NCBI GenBank assembly: GCA_964016885.1
Contig: OZ024743.1
Span: 280,116,001 to 280,180,000 of the forward strand
Reading direction: 5' to 3'
Length of the DNA: 64,000 nucleotides
Source: Eledone cirrhosa
Taxonomy: Eukaryota
Part shown: one piece after another, positions 12,546 through 26,652 of the stretch
Layout of the letters: every line of letters starts with the position of its first letter
Position numbering within the stretch: the stretch's first letter is position 1
Notes under the pieces: generated by a model
Database searches by the model: none
What the model was told of the DNA's origin: nothing
What the model saw: only the letters and a program-made list of their open reading frames with translations
Position numbers and translations under genes: made by a program

Positions 12546-12960
12546 TAATACGACAATAAACTTGTTAACGTTGGAATGGTAAACTAACTCAATTCTTTTA
12601 TTAGACTATCAAAGAAGATTTCTTATAGCGGAAATGTGCCGTAACTGTTTTTCATGTTAAGAATTAAAGAAAGCGATACATGCACCCAATCTAATTTACA
12701 AATTTACCTATCCCTTGAAAGTCGGCAATGCTACGTATACAGATCAAACGTAAATAAACGAGCATATAGACAAGAAGTGGTACCTAAATGTTAACACAAG
12801 GGCATGGGGTTACTTCATCAATCAGAACTGCCGTTGCCATTTGTTGTCGACTTTTCTTTTTGGTTTTCTTTTTATATTTCAGACAGACACTCATATACAC
12901 ACATACATATACATTAGCATACACATACACACTCATACATACACAAACATACACATACAT

Positions 12961-13079
<119 letters not shown>

Positions 13080-13809
13080 CATAACCGATAAGATTACGGA
13101 GACATTTGAAAATGGGAAATTAATTAGTTCTTGTTTTGAAAACCAGCCACTTTTCCGTCGATTCATTCGACTATAGGTATTTTATATTTATTATAAGAAC
13201 TACCAGAAAAACCACCTTTCGGGTGGTTTTCTGCTAGCATGTGTAGTGTGTATATTGATATTATACGCAAGTATAATATACATGTAGATATGATACATCA
13301 AATAAAATCGAAATTAACAATATAAACAGAAATTGAACTAAGACGTTGTTACACTGTCTTATGTAATCAGTAACGTAATCCATGATACATTAAAAAAAGA
13401 CGATATATATAAACTGCATTAGGAGAAAATTAGTGACAAAAAAGTAGTATGTTTATTTAAGTGATCGCTACCGGAAGTGTTGACATCACACACTCTCTCT
13501 TTCTCTATATATATGGTAGTTGAAGTGGTGGTGGTGGTGGCAACGTTGAAAAGAAGTCAATTTTAAATTATTTATTTTTACGAAATTATTTTTGTTTACG
13601 AAATTTAGTAGATAAAATAAAGTACCAGTAATACATTGGAATAATTGCTGGCCTTGTGCCAAAAGTAGAAACAATTATTTATTCAAAGTAGTCCAACTTA
13701 TTTTACTAACGGGATAAAAAAAAATTAAACCGTACACAGTCCCGCAGACCTTCCTTTATTATAGTTTAGATTATGGTAGCTATTCTCTCTCTCTCTATCT
13801 ATCTATCTA

Positions 13810-13863
<54 letters not shown>

Positions 13864-14062
13864 ACATACACGCACGCACATACTTACATACAACTTATAT
13901 ACACTTACACACACACACATTTACATACACGCACGCGCATACACACACACTTGCATACACATATTACACGCCCACATATGTACACACACACTCACACACA
14001 CACACATACCTGTATGTGTGGAGAGATAGAGAGTGAGAAAGAGAGAGAGAGGGAGATAGAGA

Positions 14063-14138
<76 letters not shown>

Positions 14139-14466
14139 AGCCCCGGAAAATTCGCGTAATCCTCTACTTACAGCTCACTAAGGCAAACCTGGTAGTAGCT
14201 TACACGCGCGGTAATTATATGTTTGACTAATTGCTCTATCCTATCAATAAATGTAACTATTTTCCATGCGTGCTGGCTACCAGTCATGTGAACCTAAAAC
14301 TTAAGTTGTCTATGCTTTCTTCTCATATTTTCTTATAAACAAATTTACAAGCTTAGTTGTGATGTTTGTGAAAGTTATATCATATGGCTGTTATTCCATT
14401 ACATATCAGCTTTGAAATACTCCCGTTGATCTATGGACGGTAACTACTATCCCTGTAACATTAAAC

Positions 14467-14533
14467 AGGAATCGAAGACTCAAACTTATAATCATGAGTT
14501 CAACAAACTTACCACTAGGTCATGCGCCTTCAC
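14467..14533 (-). mobile_element. tRNA-derived SINE head
   Basis: Reverse: gaaggcgcatgacctagtggtaag (A box)...cttcgattcctg (B box). Confidence 0.55.
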
Positions 14534-14917
14534 AACCTTAAATTGTTCTCTTTCTTTTCATATTTATCGTAAAACAACTTTACAAGCTTGGTTATAATGG
14601 GTGTAAGATAGGTATATATATGACCGCTATTCCATTACATACCAGCTTTGATATGCTCAATTTGATCTATGTACTATAAAACTTCTACTATATCTGTGAC
14701 ATTAAACATGTTTGTTGTGTCAGCTGTACTCTTTAAATGCATATTCATTATAGATATAGATTTGTTTTTCATCTGGGTTTTCATATTAGCCCTTTCTTCT
14801 ACGCCAGCTACGGTGAAATATCTGAGTTGTGTAAATAATACACTGAATTCTAGAATATTTGGTTATTCATTGTGTGTTAAGGGTATTATTATTATTTTTA
14901 TTGTTATTATTATTATA

Positions 14918-16733
14918 GTCTGTGGAGCTAACATTGCTAGTAACTACAGACTGTCCTACTTCCTCTCCCTGATCATACGCCCAATCATTGAAATGTCCCC
15001 AGATGTATGTGACAGCACGGAGGACCTCCTCAGCAGAATCGGCGTGAGTAACCGATCTAGGGACCTAACAAACTGCATAATAGGTAGTATGGATGTTGTG
15101 TCCCTGTATCAATCTATTGACGTGGATTTTGCTGTGGAGAAATGCGTAGAAATGATCAGTGAGAGCAATGTTGAGTTCCGTGGGATTGATACCAGTGAAC
15201 TGGGACTCCTACTTAAACATACCTATAGTAATAATTACCTAGACACATATGACCTTAGCAACCTGTGCCCTACAAGACCAGCAAGAGGCAGACCACCTAC
15301 CATTACCTCAATGGCCAAGAAAACCCACACAGATAGATGGAACGGGTGGACCAGAGACATACGGACACCCGAAAACCACGATGAACTGAAGAAAATGATT
15401 GCACATGCGGTAGGGGCCAGCATAAAACTAACCCTTAAGGAACATATGTTCAAATTTAATGGAAAAACATATGCCCAAGAGGAAGGAGCAGCCATTGGTG
15501 TTAGCATTGCAGGCGACATAGCTAACTTATTCATGGTATGGTGGGACAGTAGACTTAAACTTAAACTTAAAGAACAATTAGAAGCCCCCTTAACCCTGAT
15601 AATGTACTCCCGCTACGTTGATGATATAAACATCGTAGTTAAGACACCCCCTCTAGAGAACAGTCAGGAACTAGAGAAAAACACAATGGAAAGCATCCAG
15701 CAAATAGCAAACTCCATCCACCAGAGCATTAGAGTTACCCAAGTAAACACCCCAACCATTGATTACCTGTACTAGACACAGAGCTCTGGTTAGATACCAT
15801 TAACAACAAAAAACAAATCCTCCATTCCCATTATGCCAAACCCATGACTTCCAAACATCTGATCCACCGAAACTCGGCCGTTTCGGACCATACCAAAATC
15901 AACATACTGATTGCGGATTTGGTACGGGTGATGAGAAACGTGTCCCGCATGTGCAACCCCGTAGAACTAGAGAGACACATACAACACTTCATCCACCGTA
16001 TGCAGTTCTCTGGCTACAATCAGAGAGATAAAATCAGAGTGTATAGAGGAGCCAGAACCAAATGGGAAAAAATGGTAAATAATGACATAAATGGGACCTG
16101 CCCTTTGTATAGGGCAAATTTTGGAATAGAATAGAAAGAACTAGGAACAAGGCTAATAGAATAAACTCATGGTATGATAGCAATAAATACCAGAGTGTAA
16201 TGTTCATCGATACAACCCCTAGAGGGGAATTAGCTTACAAATTTAGAAGGGCCCTAAACAAACATAAACTCAATATTAAGATAGTAGAAAGACCAGGTAC
16301 CTCCGTAAAAACACTTATTAGCAAGACATACCCTTTTCAAAGACCCTCATGTATAGATAAGAAATGTATAACCTGTAAAATAAGCCCCCATATTAACTGC
16401 AAAACTAGAAATGTAGTGTATAGCATAAGATGTACTGAAGGACAATGTAGAGACAAAAATATAGTGTACATAGGTGAGACAGCTCGTAGTGTAGGAGAAC
16501 AGATAAATGAACACTGGCGAGACCTTCAAGATAGTAAAGAATCATCTGTACTCTACCAAGATGCTAAAATAGAACATAAGGGTAAATTAGAGAACATAGA
16601 AATAAAAATAGAATCTACACACAGAAAAGACGCAATGTTTAGACAAATTACAGAGGCAATAAACATAAAAGAATTACAACCAAAATTAAATAGAAAATAT
16701 GAGTGGAACAGCAACATCACAACTTACAATTAA
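14918..16733 (+). pseudogene. PLE reverse transcriptase/GIY-YIG endonuclease, frameshifted near 15745 and 16120
   Basis: GSMDVVSLY.SI, QEEGAAIG, RYVDDI, HYAKP; CIDKKCITC, NVVYSIRC...YIGETAR, RQITEA.NI...P.LN. Confidence 0.92.
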
Positions 16734-16934
16734 GGACAAAATGAAAACACACACACACATAGAACAAACAACCAACCAGTAACATGTAAATAAACAAATA
16801 AATAAATGAACATAAACACACACAGACACCCGGATGTGGCGCATGCGCAGACTGAGCACACAACACACACACAGAAACAAAATGACGTAGGACAGAACAA
16901 AGGAGAGGCACAGAAACAAAGAAAGGAATCCCCA

Positions 16935-16977
16935 GTCACTGAAGAGGTCACAGAGTGTGTGACGAAAGAACTATGAC
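16935..16977 (+). ncRNA. Minimal hammerhead ribozyme motif in family A pLTR
   Basis: gtca CTGAAGA g gtcaca-gagtg-tgtgac GAAA gaac TA tgac. Confidence 0.7.
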
Positions 16978-17614
16978 AATATATAAACAACTATCTGGCT
17001 GTGGAACCAACCAACCAACCAGAAATTTATAAATTTATAAATTTATTATAATAAATTGAAGTGAAAGCAACTGGTGCGTGTGTTTCTTATTGGCAACATG
17101 ACCTGCCAAAGTATAACAATATCGGTTTCAACACACGATTTCAGATAAAGAATCTTGCTAAACAAATTCAGAAACGAAATATTATTATTTAGTCTATGGA
17201 GAAACAAATTACGTTGTAACATGAGTAATGAAAGGGCTTCTCCGAGGTAACTCGATTTGCTAGAAATATTCGTTCTGGTTCTTTGTGCACTAAGTTCTAA
17301 TCTCGCTGAGGCCAACTTTCCTTGTCATAGTTACGGACTCGATACATAAATTATAAGTACAGTACTGGGACGAATTCATTTTTTATCTTTCTTTCTGCTT
17401 TTTCTCTGTGGGAGAAATTAACTGTGATCAGACTTGGAGAGGGATAGGTTTTGCCATGTTTTATATCACAACGGCACTCCAATGACTCTATCAGAGGTTG
17501 AAGGCCCAAACCAAGCCAAGTCTTAATCATACCTTTAAAGAGGCGGGATTGTCATGGCTGAAAGACTTTTAATCATAGGTTTAATCTACCAATTTTTACC
17601 CTGGTTTAAACATT

Positions 17615-17775
17615 AGGCGGTGAATTGGCAGCGTCGTTAGAACGTTGGATAGAATGCTTTGTAGTATTCATTTCGGCTCTCTGCTCTCTGAATTCAAATC
17701 CCGCCAAGGTCATCTTTGCCTTCCATCCATTCATGGTCGACAGAAAAAGTACCAGTCAAGTACTGGGGTCGATTC
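17615..17775 (+). mobile_element. tRNA-derived SINE (Nin/Deu-like core)
   Basis: ggcggtgaattggcag..cgttag (A box), gaattcaaatcccgcc (B box), gccttccatcc..gtcgac..aagtaccagtcaagtactggggtcgat. Confidence 0.8.
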
Positions 17776-19054
17776 TTCCTCTACATCTCTTTCTCACTTC
17801 CATTCTCTCACTCTCTCTATCCTTCTCTGGAATAAATTTGCTGTATTCAGACCTGGAGAGGAGATGGGCTCCGCCAGGTGTAAACAATGCCCTGGAAATG
17901 CTGTATGTCAATATGGCGCCTCTACGACTCTGCAGGAGTTACGGGTCCATAGTCTACCACCTTACCAAACAATAACAGCAAGAACTTTAAAAAAATTCTA
18001 AAGACACCAGCTATGTCCTCAGATTTAAATTTATATAAAAACATGATGATGCAATTTTTTTTCTGATTGGAAATCGTACCGTGAATAACCATTGCTTCAA
18101 TTCCTGATATGTTTTTAATGTGCTTAAAGCTCATTGTTTCACTTTTGATCTGCTCTTTCTTTTTACGAAAGCTTTTAAAACAAAAACATCTATTTAAAGT
18201 TGAAAATTACTGTTTGAAGTATTTACACAAGAGATTTAACCGTTAAATACGAATACAACCGATGTACATCGTTTAAACTTCTATCGGAAATTCTTTATCT
18301 ATTGAACAAAAGAAATTAGAAGATTTAATTTCTTAATTATGGCATATGGTAGAGTAATTAGACAATGAGACTATTACACTTGTGCAGCGGAGGCAGAACT
18401 ATTAAGATTATGCATGTACGTGTGTATGTGTGCGTGTGTTTTTGTATGTGTATTTGTATATATATATATATATATACATACGTACATACATATCTTATTT
18501 GTATACATGTATACATACACACACATACATATATATATACGATAGTAATGTATCAAGTAATTCATTACAAGCTTTCCATATCTATGAAATATCAATCAGT
18601 CTATAATAATTACACAAGAGGCATTTAAATATAGATTTTTTTCTACTTGATCCGTGTTCATTTTCCAAGCAGAATACATTCATTTGTCTCAAGTATATTA
18701 AAATACAGGATTGTTTTCTTTGCCTTCTTCATCCTTTGAAATTATTATATTAATAGATAAATTGTTTGTTTTTTTAATAGCAAGAGGTTGAAAGTAAAGG
18801 CGATAAATTAAATTAATTAAATCATAAACCGTATCTACGTATTTTTTTTATTGTTAAGCCAAGGTATGATGGAAGGACAGTAAGCATGAGCCTTCTCGAG
18901 ACTGGTACTATTTTCTAGTCCTGGAAACGATGAAGGGTTAATAATACTTTGGCGTAATTTCAACTCAGGGTTCAGACAGCCAGATCAAATGAGGCTTTGG
19001 AAACAATATGAATTATATCTTGTTCCCGTTTTCTTAGACTTGAAAAATTCTAAT

Positions 19055-19133
19055 TTCTCTGAAGAGTATGGTAGTTCTTGAATGATTTGTAGTTCCAATA
19101 ATATTTCTTCCCTATATGAAACCATGGTAGGGC
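19055..19133 (+). ncRNA. Hammerhead motif with long stem II (degenerate)
   Basis: ttct CTGAAGA gtatgg...ctatat GAAA ccatgg TA gggc. Confidence 0.55.
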
Positions 19134-19204
19134 GATCAATATATAAGTGAAGTTAGAGGATAAAATGTTTCCGTGGTTATACTCCTGAAATTATATATTT
19201 TAAT

Positions 19205-19367
19205 ATAGGTGCAGATATGGCAGTGTGGTTAAGGAGTTCAATTCGCATCCACGAGGTTCTAGATTCACCGACACAGCATAAAACGTTGAACAAGAGTCTT
19301 CTACTATAGTATCGGATTAACGACTGACTTGTCTATGGAATTTGGTAGACGGAAACAACAGAAGGCT

Positions 19368-19372
<5 letters not shown>
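19205..19372 (+). mobile_element. 5' half of a second tRNA-derived SINE family
   Basis: tggcagtgtggttaag A box; caagagtcttctactatag; gaatttggtagacggaaac; related copy at 52128-52243. Confidence 0.7.
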
Positions 19373-19428
<56 letters not shown>

Positions 19429-19439
19429 ATATATATATT

Positions 19440-19715
19440 CGTTTTTTAATTTGTTGGTTTTCACTTCAATTTATTATAAATTTCCGGTTGGTTGTTTGGT
19501 TCGATAACCGGATGGTTGTTTATATATTGTCAAAGCTCTTCCGTCGCACATTATGTGACGTCTTCAGTGACTGGTCACAGAATGTGTGACGAAAGACCTT
19601 TGACAATATATAAACAACCATCCTGTTATTGAACCAACCAACCGGAAATGTATAATGAATTGAAGTGAAATCTAGCAGTTGCGTGAGTTTTTATTGGCAG
19701 AATGACCCTCCCAAA

Positions 19716-19720
<5 letters not shown>
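19440..19720. mobile_element. Head-to-head inverted pair of family A pLTR fragments
   Basis: 19460-19571 is reverse-complementary to 19573-19670; HHR on minus strand at 19529-19571. Confidence 0.85.
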
Positions 19721-19768
<48 letters not shown>

Positions 19769-20057
19769 TATATATATCAATTCATTATACATTTAGTTAG
19801 TTTCAGAAGATCCCGTTAAGGGTGAAAGCACCGATTCTTTGCTTAAACATTAATCTGTTATTTTAGTAAATATATATATATATATATATTACATAATACA
19901 TGTTATCTGCAGAAGTCGTATTAGTGATTGTTTGATGGCATCATTAGGTAATTAATAAGGCCACAGAAATACATATTACAGCGAATTACATGACAAAATT
20001 AATTATGGAAATCGTGGACTCGTATTTTGTTCATTATTGTTTATATGTGTATGCTTC

Positions 20058-20143
<86 letters not shown>

Positions 20144-20269
20144 ATAGAGAGAAAGAAAGTGAGAGAGAGAGAGGAGAGAGAGAATGAAAGTGTGAGGGAG
20201 AGAAAGGAAGTGTGTGAGAGAGAGAAAGTGTGAGAAAGAGTAAGAAATTGTGAGTATATGTATGTATAA

Positions 20270-20500
20270 TTGTGAATGTTTGTATGGGTGTGTGTCCTTC
20301 TCCATATTTACGTTTGCGATTGTCTGCTGTGTTTATGTCACGTAGCATAGCGGTTCGTCAAAAAAGCGATCGATAAAATAAGTATCAGCCCTGACGAAAT
20401 AAGTATTGCTGTCAATACGATCAAATAAAAAAAGGCAATGCCTCAACATAGCCGCAGTTTAATCACTGAAATCAGTATAAAAATAAAGGAAATAATAAAA
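20270..20500 (+). mobile_element. 3' half of the SINE family begun at 19205
   Basis: gtgtttatgtc...tagcggttcgtcaaaa...cgataaaataagta...catagccgcagt...actgaaa; assignment rests on my recollection of this repeat. Confidence 0.55.
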
Positions 20501-21075
20501 GAATATGTCTACTCCATCAGATTTAACCACGGGCGAAACCTGTAAAACAATAGAAACAACCTTCTATATTAGATACATTTATCTGCTTCTGTAAAGAGAG
20601 TTGACTGAGTGTGTAAAATGAATACAAAAATAATGTACATACAAATTGTGTAATGTGAATATATATACATATTATATACAATGTCATGATAGCTAGTGGT
20701 CTGTGAGTGAGTAAGTAGAGACGAACAGGAAATGAATCAATTCTATGTGAAAGCATCAAAGCTGCTCAGCTATAATAATATTCTTCTCGGAATTGGTAAC
20801 AAGAGAAGAATTCAGGTTTTGTCTCCGAAAAGAGATGTTATTGCGTGGAAATAACGTTTAATATAAATACATACGGTAATATTTTCCGATTGCGTTATTA
20901 TGGCAATGGACTAGTACTGAAGACTCAGAGAAAACGTATTTGTTTTATTTGTTTTATTTTTATTGTTCCTATGCACATCCAATATACACTTTCTAAGAAG
21001 CAAGTAAGTTTGTCTATACGTACGTATATACGTATATATGTTTCTATGTATGAGCTTGTATAAATATATATATAA

Positions 21076-21110
<35 letters not shown>

Positions 21111-22423
21111 GCTACAGCATGGCCGAATGGTTATGAAGTTTCATTATATTTATTTCAAGATTTCAGAAGACAAACACAGAGATATTATTACACGAAGTCT
21201 TGTGAGTTTCAAGCATATTAGAAGAGTAAAAAAATATATATATATCTGAACGTATCTCATGTTAGTCCTTCTTCATTCATGAGGAGTAAAGTCAGGAAAA
21301 AGAGAAATTTGGATGGGTCATTTGGGTGAGTAAGTTTAAGTTGAAGTGGAGATTGCGAAGCAGAGTATTTCGGTTGGGTATGGTGTGGGTAGGAAACAAA
21401 CGGGAACGGAAGAGAAGAAAGACGAAGTGATGAAAGAAAAAGAACAACGAAGAAGAGGAGAGGTCACAAAATATTCGTGCAGTGCAAGAACAGCACAAAA
21501 TTTCAGTATTCTGAAATCTATGGGGAATATGTGGGTGACCCAAAGAGTAAACTAGTAAAGTATTAAGGTGCCAAGTAGATTTCCATATTCGTATTTTGAA
21601 TGTTTAAAATATGATTCAAAATGTAAAACAAAACACACAAACTCTGTGATACATATATCTAGAAACTTTTCTAAAAAATATATGAATTTAGACGCGTTGT
21701 GGGAAGTTGTATGTTTTGTCTCTCTCAGGGTAGAAAATCTCAAGTAAATCTGAGTTGCTCATTAGTGTTTATAGTCTGTGTAGACTAGGAATCAGCTAAA
21801 TTGGTCATCATAATTTGCATTAGAGTGTATATATTGCCGAGGTGGATTAATTCATTCATACACAGTGTGCTACAGAATTGTTTGTATAATTCCAAACGTA
21901 AAGTATAACTATTTTAATAGATATACGATCAAACGTTGTTGTTATATTAACCTCATATATACACCACAGATTTTGTTTGTTTGATTTTTGTGAACAGTAT
22001 AACACTGGGTAATGTGTAATCAATTCATTAATTAATCACATAATCAGAGCATGGAATACTTGGCAAATCTGACAGAACAGTTCAAGAGAAAAAGAGTGTG
22101 GAAGGTAGCTAGCTACAAAAAGCTGGGCTCAACGTTAAGATTATGTGAGAATACCTTCACTAATGATGGTTAAAAGAGACCAGAAACTAAACAGATCGAT
22201 CCCATTTTTTCTGGCCACCGAGAAATAAATACTGCAATATAACGATATATTTTTTCAAGCGAGACTAAAATTATATGTTTATTAAAAAGAATATATCTTA
22301 CATTTTAAATTATCCCCCAAACGATGATGTGTAGTGGACTATGACTTAATTAATATATGTGTGTGTATGTGTGAGTGTGTATGTGTGTGCGCGCGTGTGC
22401 GTGTGTGTGTGAGTATGTGAGTG

Positions 22424-22465
<42 letters not shown>

Positions 22466-22593
22466 CGTGTACATATATGTATGCATATACATATAAATAT
22501 ATATGTATATATATATATATATTTGTGCGTGTGTATGTATATATAAATACATACACAGATTTATACCTCTTCCGTTTCACTTTCTCACTTAAA

Positions 22594-22624
<31 letters not shown>

Positions 22625-22632
22625 TCACTCTC

Positions 22633-22697
<65 letters not shown>

Positions 22698-23009
22698 CAT
22701 ACCAGCTTATATATTTACGCATTCCTGAATATCCTCTTGCCGATCTTGAAGTTATTTGTTTCCAGTTCAACGGAGCAGAACAATAGACTTTGGATAATTC
22801 GTTTGTGAATCAATAATTTCGGCGTATCAATACCATCGTAGATACTGTCATTACTACAATTGGCCGTGTTAAAAATACTGTTGAAATAATGGTGGGTTTT
22901 ATTTATGAAAATCATAGAGCAATTAAAATGTTGTTTCAATGGGATTCATTTGTGAAGAACAATGTGTGCTACACTTAAGTTTCTCTTGTTTATATCTTTA
23001 CGTGAAAAC

Positions 23010-23091
<82 letters not shown>

Positions 23092-23111
23092 GCTCTCTCT
23101 CTCTCTCGCAA

Positions 23112-23210
<99 letters not shown>

Positions 23211-23260
23211 ATGTATATGTATATATATATATATATATACACACACGATCACACATGTAT

Positions 23261-23299
<39 letters not shown>

Positions 23300-23349
23300 T
23301 CTCTCTTTCAATGTAGATATATATATATATGTATATATACATATATATA

Positions 23350-23384
<35 letters not shown>

Positions 23385-23891
23385 TATACATACATACATA
23401 CACACACATACATACATACGTACATACATACATACATACATACATACATACATACATACATACATACATACATACATACATACATACATACATACATACA
23501 TACATACATACATACATAAGATTATACGCGTATATATGTGTGTGTCGTTGGTGCATGCGATTATCTATATGCGTTTGTGAATCTATAAAGAGAAATATCT
23601 CAGAAGGCGAGAGGACAAGTAAGAGCTAATATGATAGAAAGAGAAAGCTGAGAGCGACAGAGAGCGTGATTAAGAATAGTGAAGACTACAACAGTGTGTA
23701 CGTCCATGTTATTAATGTGGTTTAGATGTTTTTTTATAATCAATCATCGTAACACGAAAGCTATTCATTTTCTTTGCGTTTGTCTGTAACACACTCACAC
23801 ACACACACACACACATATATATATAATTAATATATACATGGAAAAGTAAGAAATAGGAGAACAGACCGTTAATACATGTTTATTTAAAACA

Positions 23892-23931
23892 GCACCTAGG
23901 TACATTTCGCCCGGATGCGATTCTCAAGGGC
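23892..23931 (-). ncRNA. Degenerate U3-A8 hammerhead in the inverted pLTR
   Basis: Reverse: gccc TTGAGAA tcgcatccgggc GAAA tgtacc TA ggtgc. Confidence 0.5.
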
Positions 23932-23989
23932 ATAAATAACTAAAAGTGTTCCTTACATGGCCCGGAAAATGTTTTTGGAGGTGTACACA

Positions 23990-26357
23990 AACCCGTACGT
24001 CCCTCTGACGCCTAGATTCTCCCTTAAGGATCACAAATGTAACTTTAATGAAAGCCCCTCTATTAGACTAATATGTCCCACTACATCTGATATAGGTAAG
24101 ATTAGTAAAGTGATCCTCGATAGAGTACTACTGGAGCTTAATAGAAAGGCTAAGGTCTGCCTCTGGGGCAACACCGACCAGGTCATAAATTGGTTCACCG
24201 AGTTGCCTGATAAAGCGAGTTTGAAGTTCATCCAGTTTGACATACATAGTTACTAGGCCTCTATCTCTCCCATACTCTTAAATAAGGCACTCATATTAGC
24301 TAAATCTAAACCTAGCGTCACGATAAAAGAAATAGCCATACTTCTAGCGGCGCGTAGAACCATCATCCAGTTCGATCGCTCCCACTCGACCAGAACTAAC
24401 CGGCTTGATAACTTCGATATCACGATGGGGTCCAGCGACTCAGCGCAAGCAACTGACCGGTCGGAATATACCTCCTCCATTAGCTTAGGGACGAGATACC
24501 GGCCCTACAAGGAGGTGTATATAGGGACAACGCCCTGTTTACCGTTAGGAACCATAGCCCTCGTAGGATGGAGAACCTTAACAAGCATATACACAGGTTC
24601 TTCAAGTCATACGGCCTATCCGTAACTATAGACCTCAACCACCAGGTTGTCAACTTCCTGGACGTGACCCTGGAGTTGAGTACGGGCCTATACAAGCCAC
24701 ACCATAAGCCTGGAGAGAGCCTTTCTTATATTAATTATACCTCCAACCACCCTAAGCAGACTCTCAACTCCATAATCTATAGCATCTCACATAGGATCTC
24801 GAGGCTCTCCGTCAATGAGGATATCTTCAACCAAGCGGCAGATTACTACAATAGGGCCCTGATAAGCGCTGGTTTTAACCAAGGAGTCTCCTACACCCCT
24901 AATGCTAGCTCCAGAACCCCCCCCCCCTCATAAGACGAACGTTATAGTAAGCCATACCTATAACCGATTACGCGACGACTTCGTAGGAGTCGGATATAAT
25001 AGTATAGATAATCGCACTGAGGAACACGGCTGCAATGTTAATTACACTGGCGATGGTATAGGTAACTTACCACACAATAAAGATCACGACCCCGGTGACA
25101 GTGACCACTCTAGCCTACTCGAACTATTCCTCTAGTATAAAATCAACAAAGGCGACGGCCTACTACCAACGCCTTCCAACCAACATCTTCCTGTACATAA
25201 ACATAGAAGAAGGAAGAAGAGTGCACCCGAACATAAAGTGAAAGGGGAATGTAACGGGTTACAAAGCATTAACATGCATAAGAACGGTCATCTTGATGGA
25301 ACCACCCGTAGCAAACGTACAAGGACACGTAATCGCCACCGTAACGTCCTATGCCCCCCCCCCCTACTCTCGGAGTGTGGCCTCCAACATACCCCGGATA
25401 TTCTTCGAAGCCTTAGAGAAGAACGTCCCACCCAACCATAGGTATAGAAAAATCCTTAATAGGAATATAAAAATATCCTTCTCTACTACTCGTAACCTAG
25501 CAGACATCATACGAACAACTAATCACAGTAAGATCACCAAGACACAGCACCTTAGCACAGACGCACCTACACCTGACAACAACTATATCGGCCTTAACGA
25601 CTCCCTAGCAGCTTCCAATAGTGCTGGCAACAGCCTCTACAGACGCAACCAGCATAACCGCGACATGACCGGGGAACATGAAGGACATCACGTGCGGAAT
25701 AATAATGGTACCACCCCGCGCACAGTGGGTTATAATGGTGCTAACGACAGGTGCGGGAGCGTAGGTAACAACGTAGATAGCAACGATGACAGCCTTACCG
25801 TGGGAATTAGAAGGGACCGCGACAGAAATTGCAACTGCCGCGACAGGGGACACTGCCGCGACAGTGGACACTGCCCCCTTAGGGGATACTGCTTGACTGA
25901 TAGGGTTATATATAGGTGCGCTGTAACTAGCCACAGTAGCGTTAAACGTTATATAGGGGCTCCCTCCGGCCCGTTCAAAATTAGATTTCTAACACATCTC
26001 CACTCTTTCACAAATAAGAAATTAAGACACTCCACTTCGCTCGCGGAATACATCGCATCATTAAAAGACTTAAACATCAGCTTCTCCACGCACTGGGATA
26101 TTGTCGGCAGGGCTGCACGGTACAACCTCAAGAGGGTGTGCGATCTTTGCCTCATGGAGCTCTACCATATCATAACGGCACCCCACGAGCTCATCAACAG
26201 CAGAACTGAAATGACGATAAGCTGTACAGATCGCTTAAAAATATCCTTCTACAGATGGGATAAAGATGAGGAGTCAAACCGTATACCGGGTCTCCCTGCA
26301 ACAAGCTTTAACACTCCGGCGGGCAGGCGCTGCAAAAAAACATCCGGGCGAAACTAA
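23990..26357 (+). pseudogene. PLE RT + GIY-YIG, fragmented
   Basis: LKDHK..F...PSIRLICP..SDIGKISK, FIQFDI, ITMGS, VVNFLDVT, YKP..KP, YINYTSNHP; CNCR..CPL.G.CL...VIY.C.V...YIG...FK.RF..H..SF...STSL; CDLCLME..HI..INSRTE. Confidence 0.9.
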
Positions 26358-26652
26358 CCATGCATCCTAGACCCAGCTTCAAATGATCCAGGCGGGTAGG
26401 TGCAGAAAAACAAACGTCTCAAAACACACGTTGCTTACCTGACACTGTGCGTATCGACAATGGTAAGGTTGTAACCACAACTTGTAACGGATAAAAAATT
26501 TGTTCGGGAAAGACTGCCCTAACACCGACCAGAGTTACCTCCCTTGACCTACTGCAATTTCAAAACACGCTTTTTGCGAAGAATGAACTCAACGTGAACG
26601 TACCTCCAAAAACACTTTCCGGGCCATGTAAGGAACACTTTTAGTTATTTAT

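Larger units (their letters stand above)
14917..17182 (+). mobile_element. Penelope-like retroelement, family A (RT + Cys-linker + C-terminal GIY-YIG; Neptune/Nematis-like architecture), 5'-truncated, with 3' pLTR
   Basis: ORF remnants 14918-16733 followed by a non-coding terminal repeat also found at 19440, 29680, 39967 and 40245. Confidence 0.9.

Noticed and set aside
14669-14916. Hydrophobic N-terminus on the PLE RT ORF
   Set aside because: AT-rich flank and (ATT)n upstream of the truncation point, not part of the element
14918-26357. Selenocysteine-recoded (Naiad-type) PLE
   Set aside because: The endonuclease is C-terminal, disruptions are frameshifts/TAG/TAA, and no SECIS was recognised
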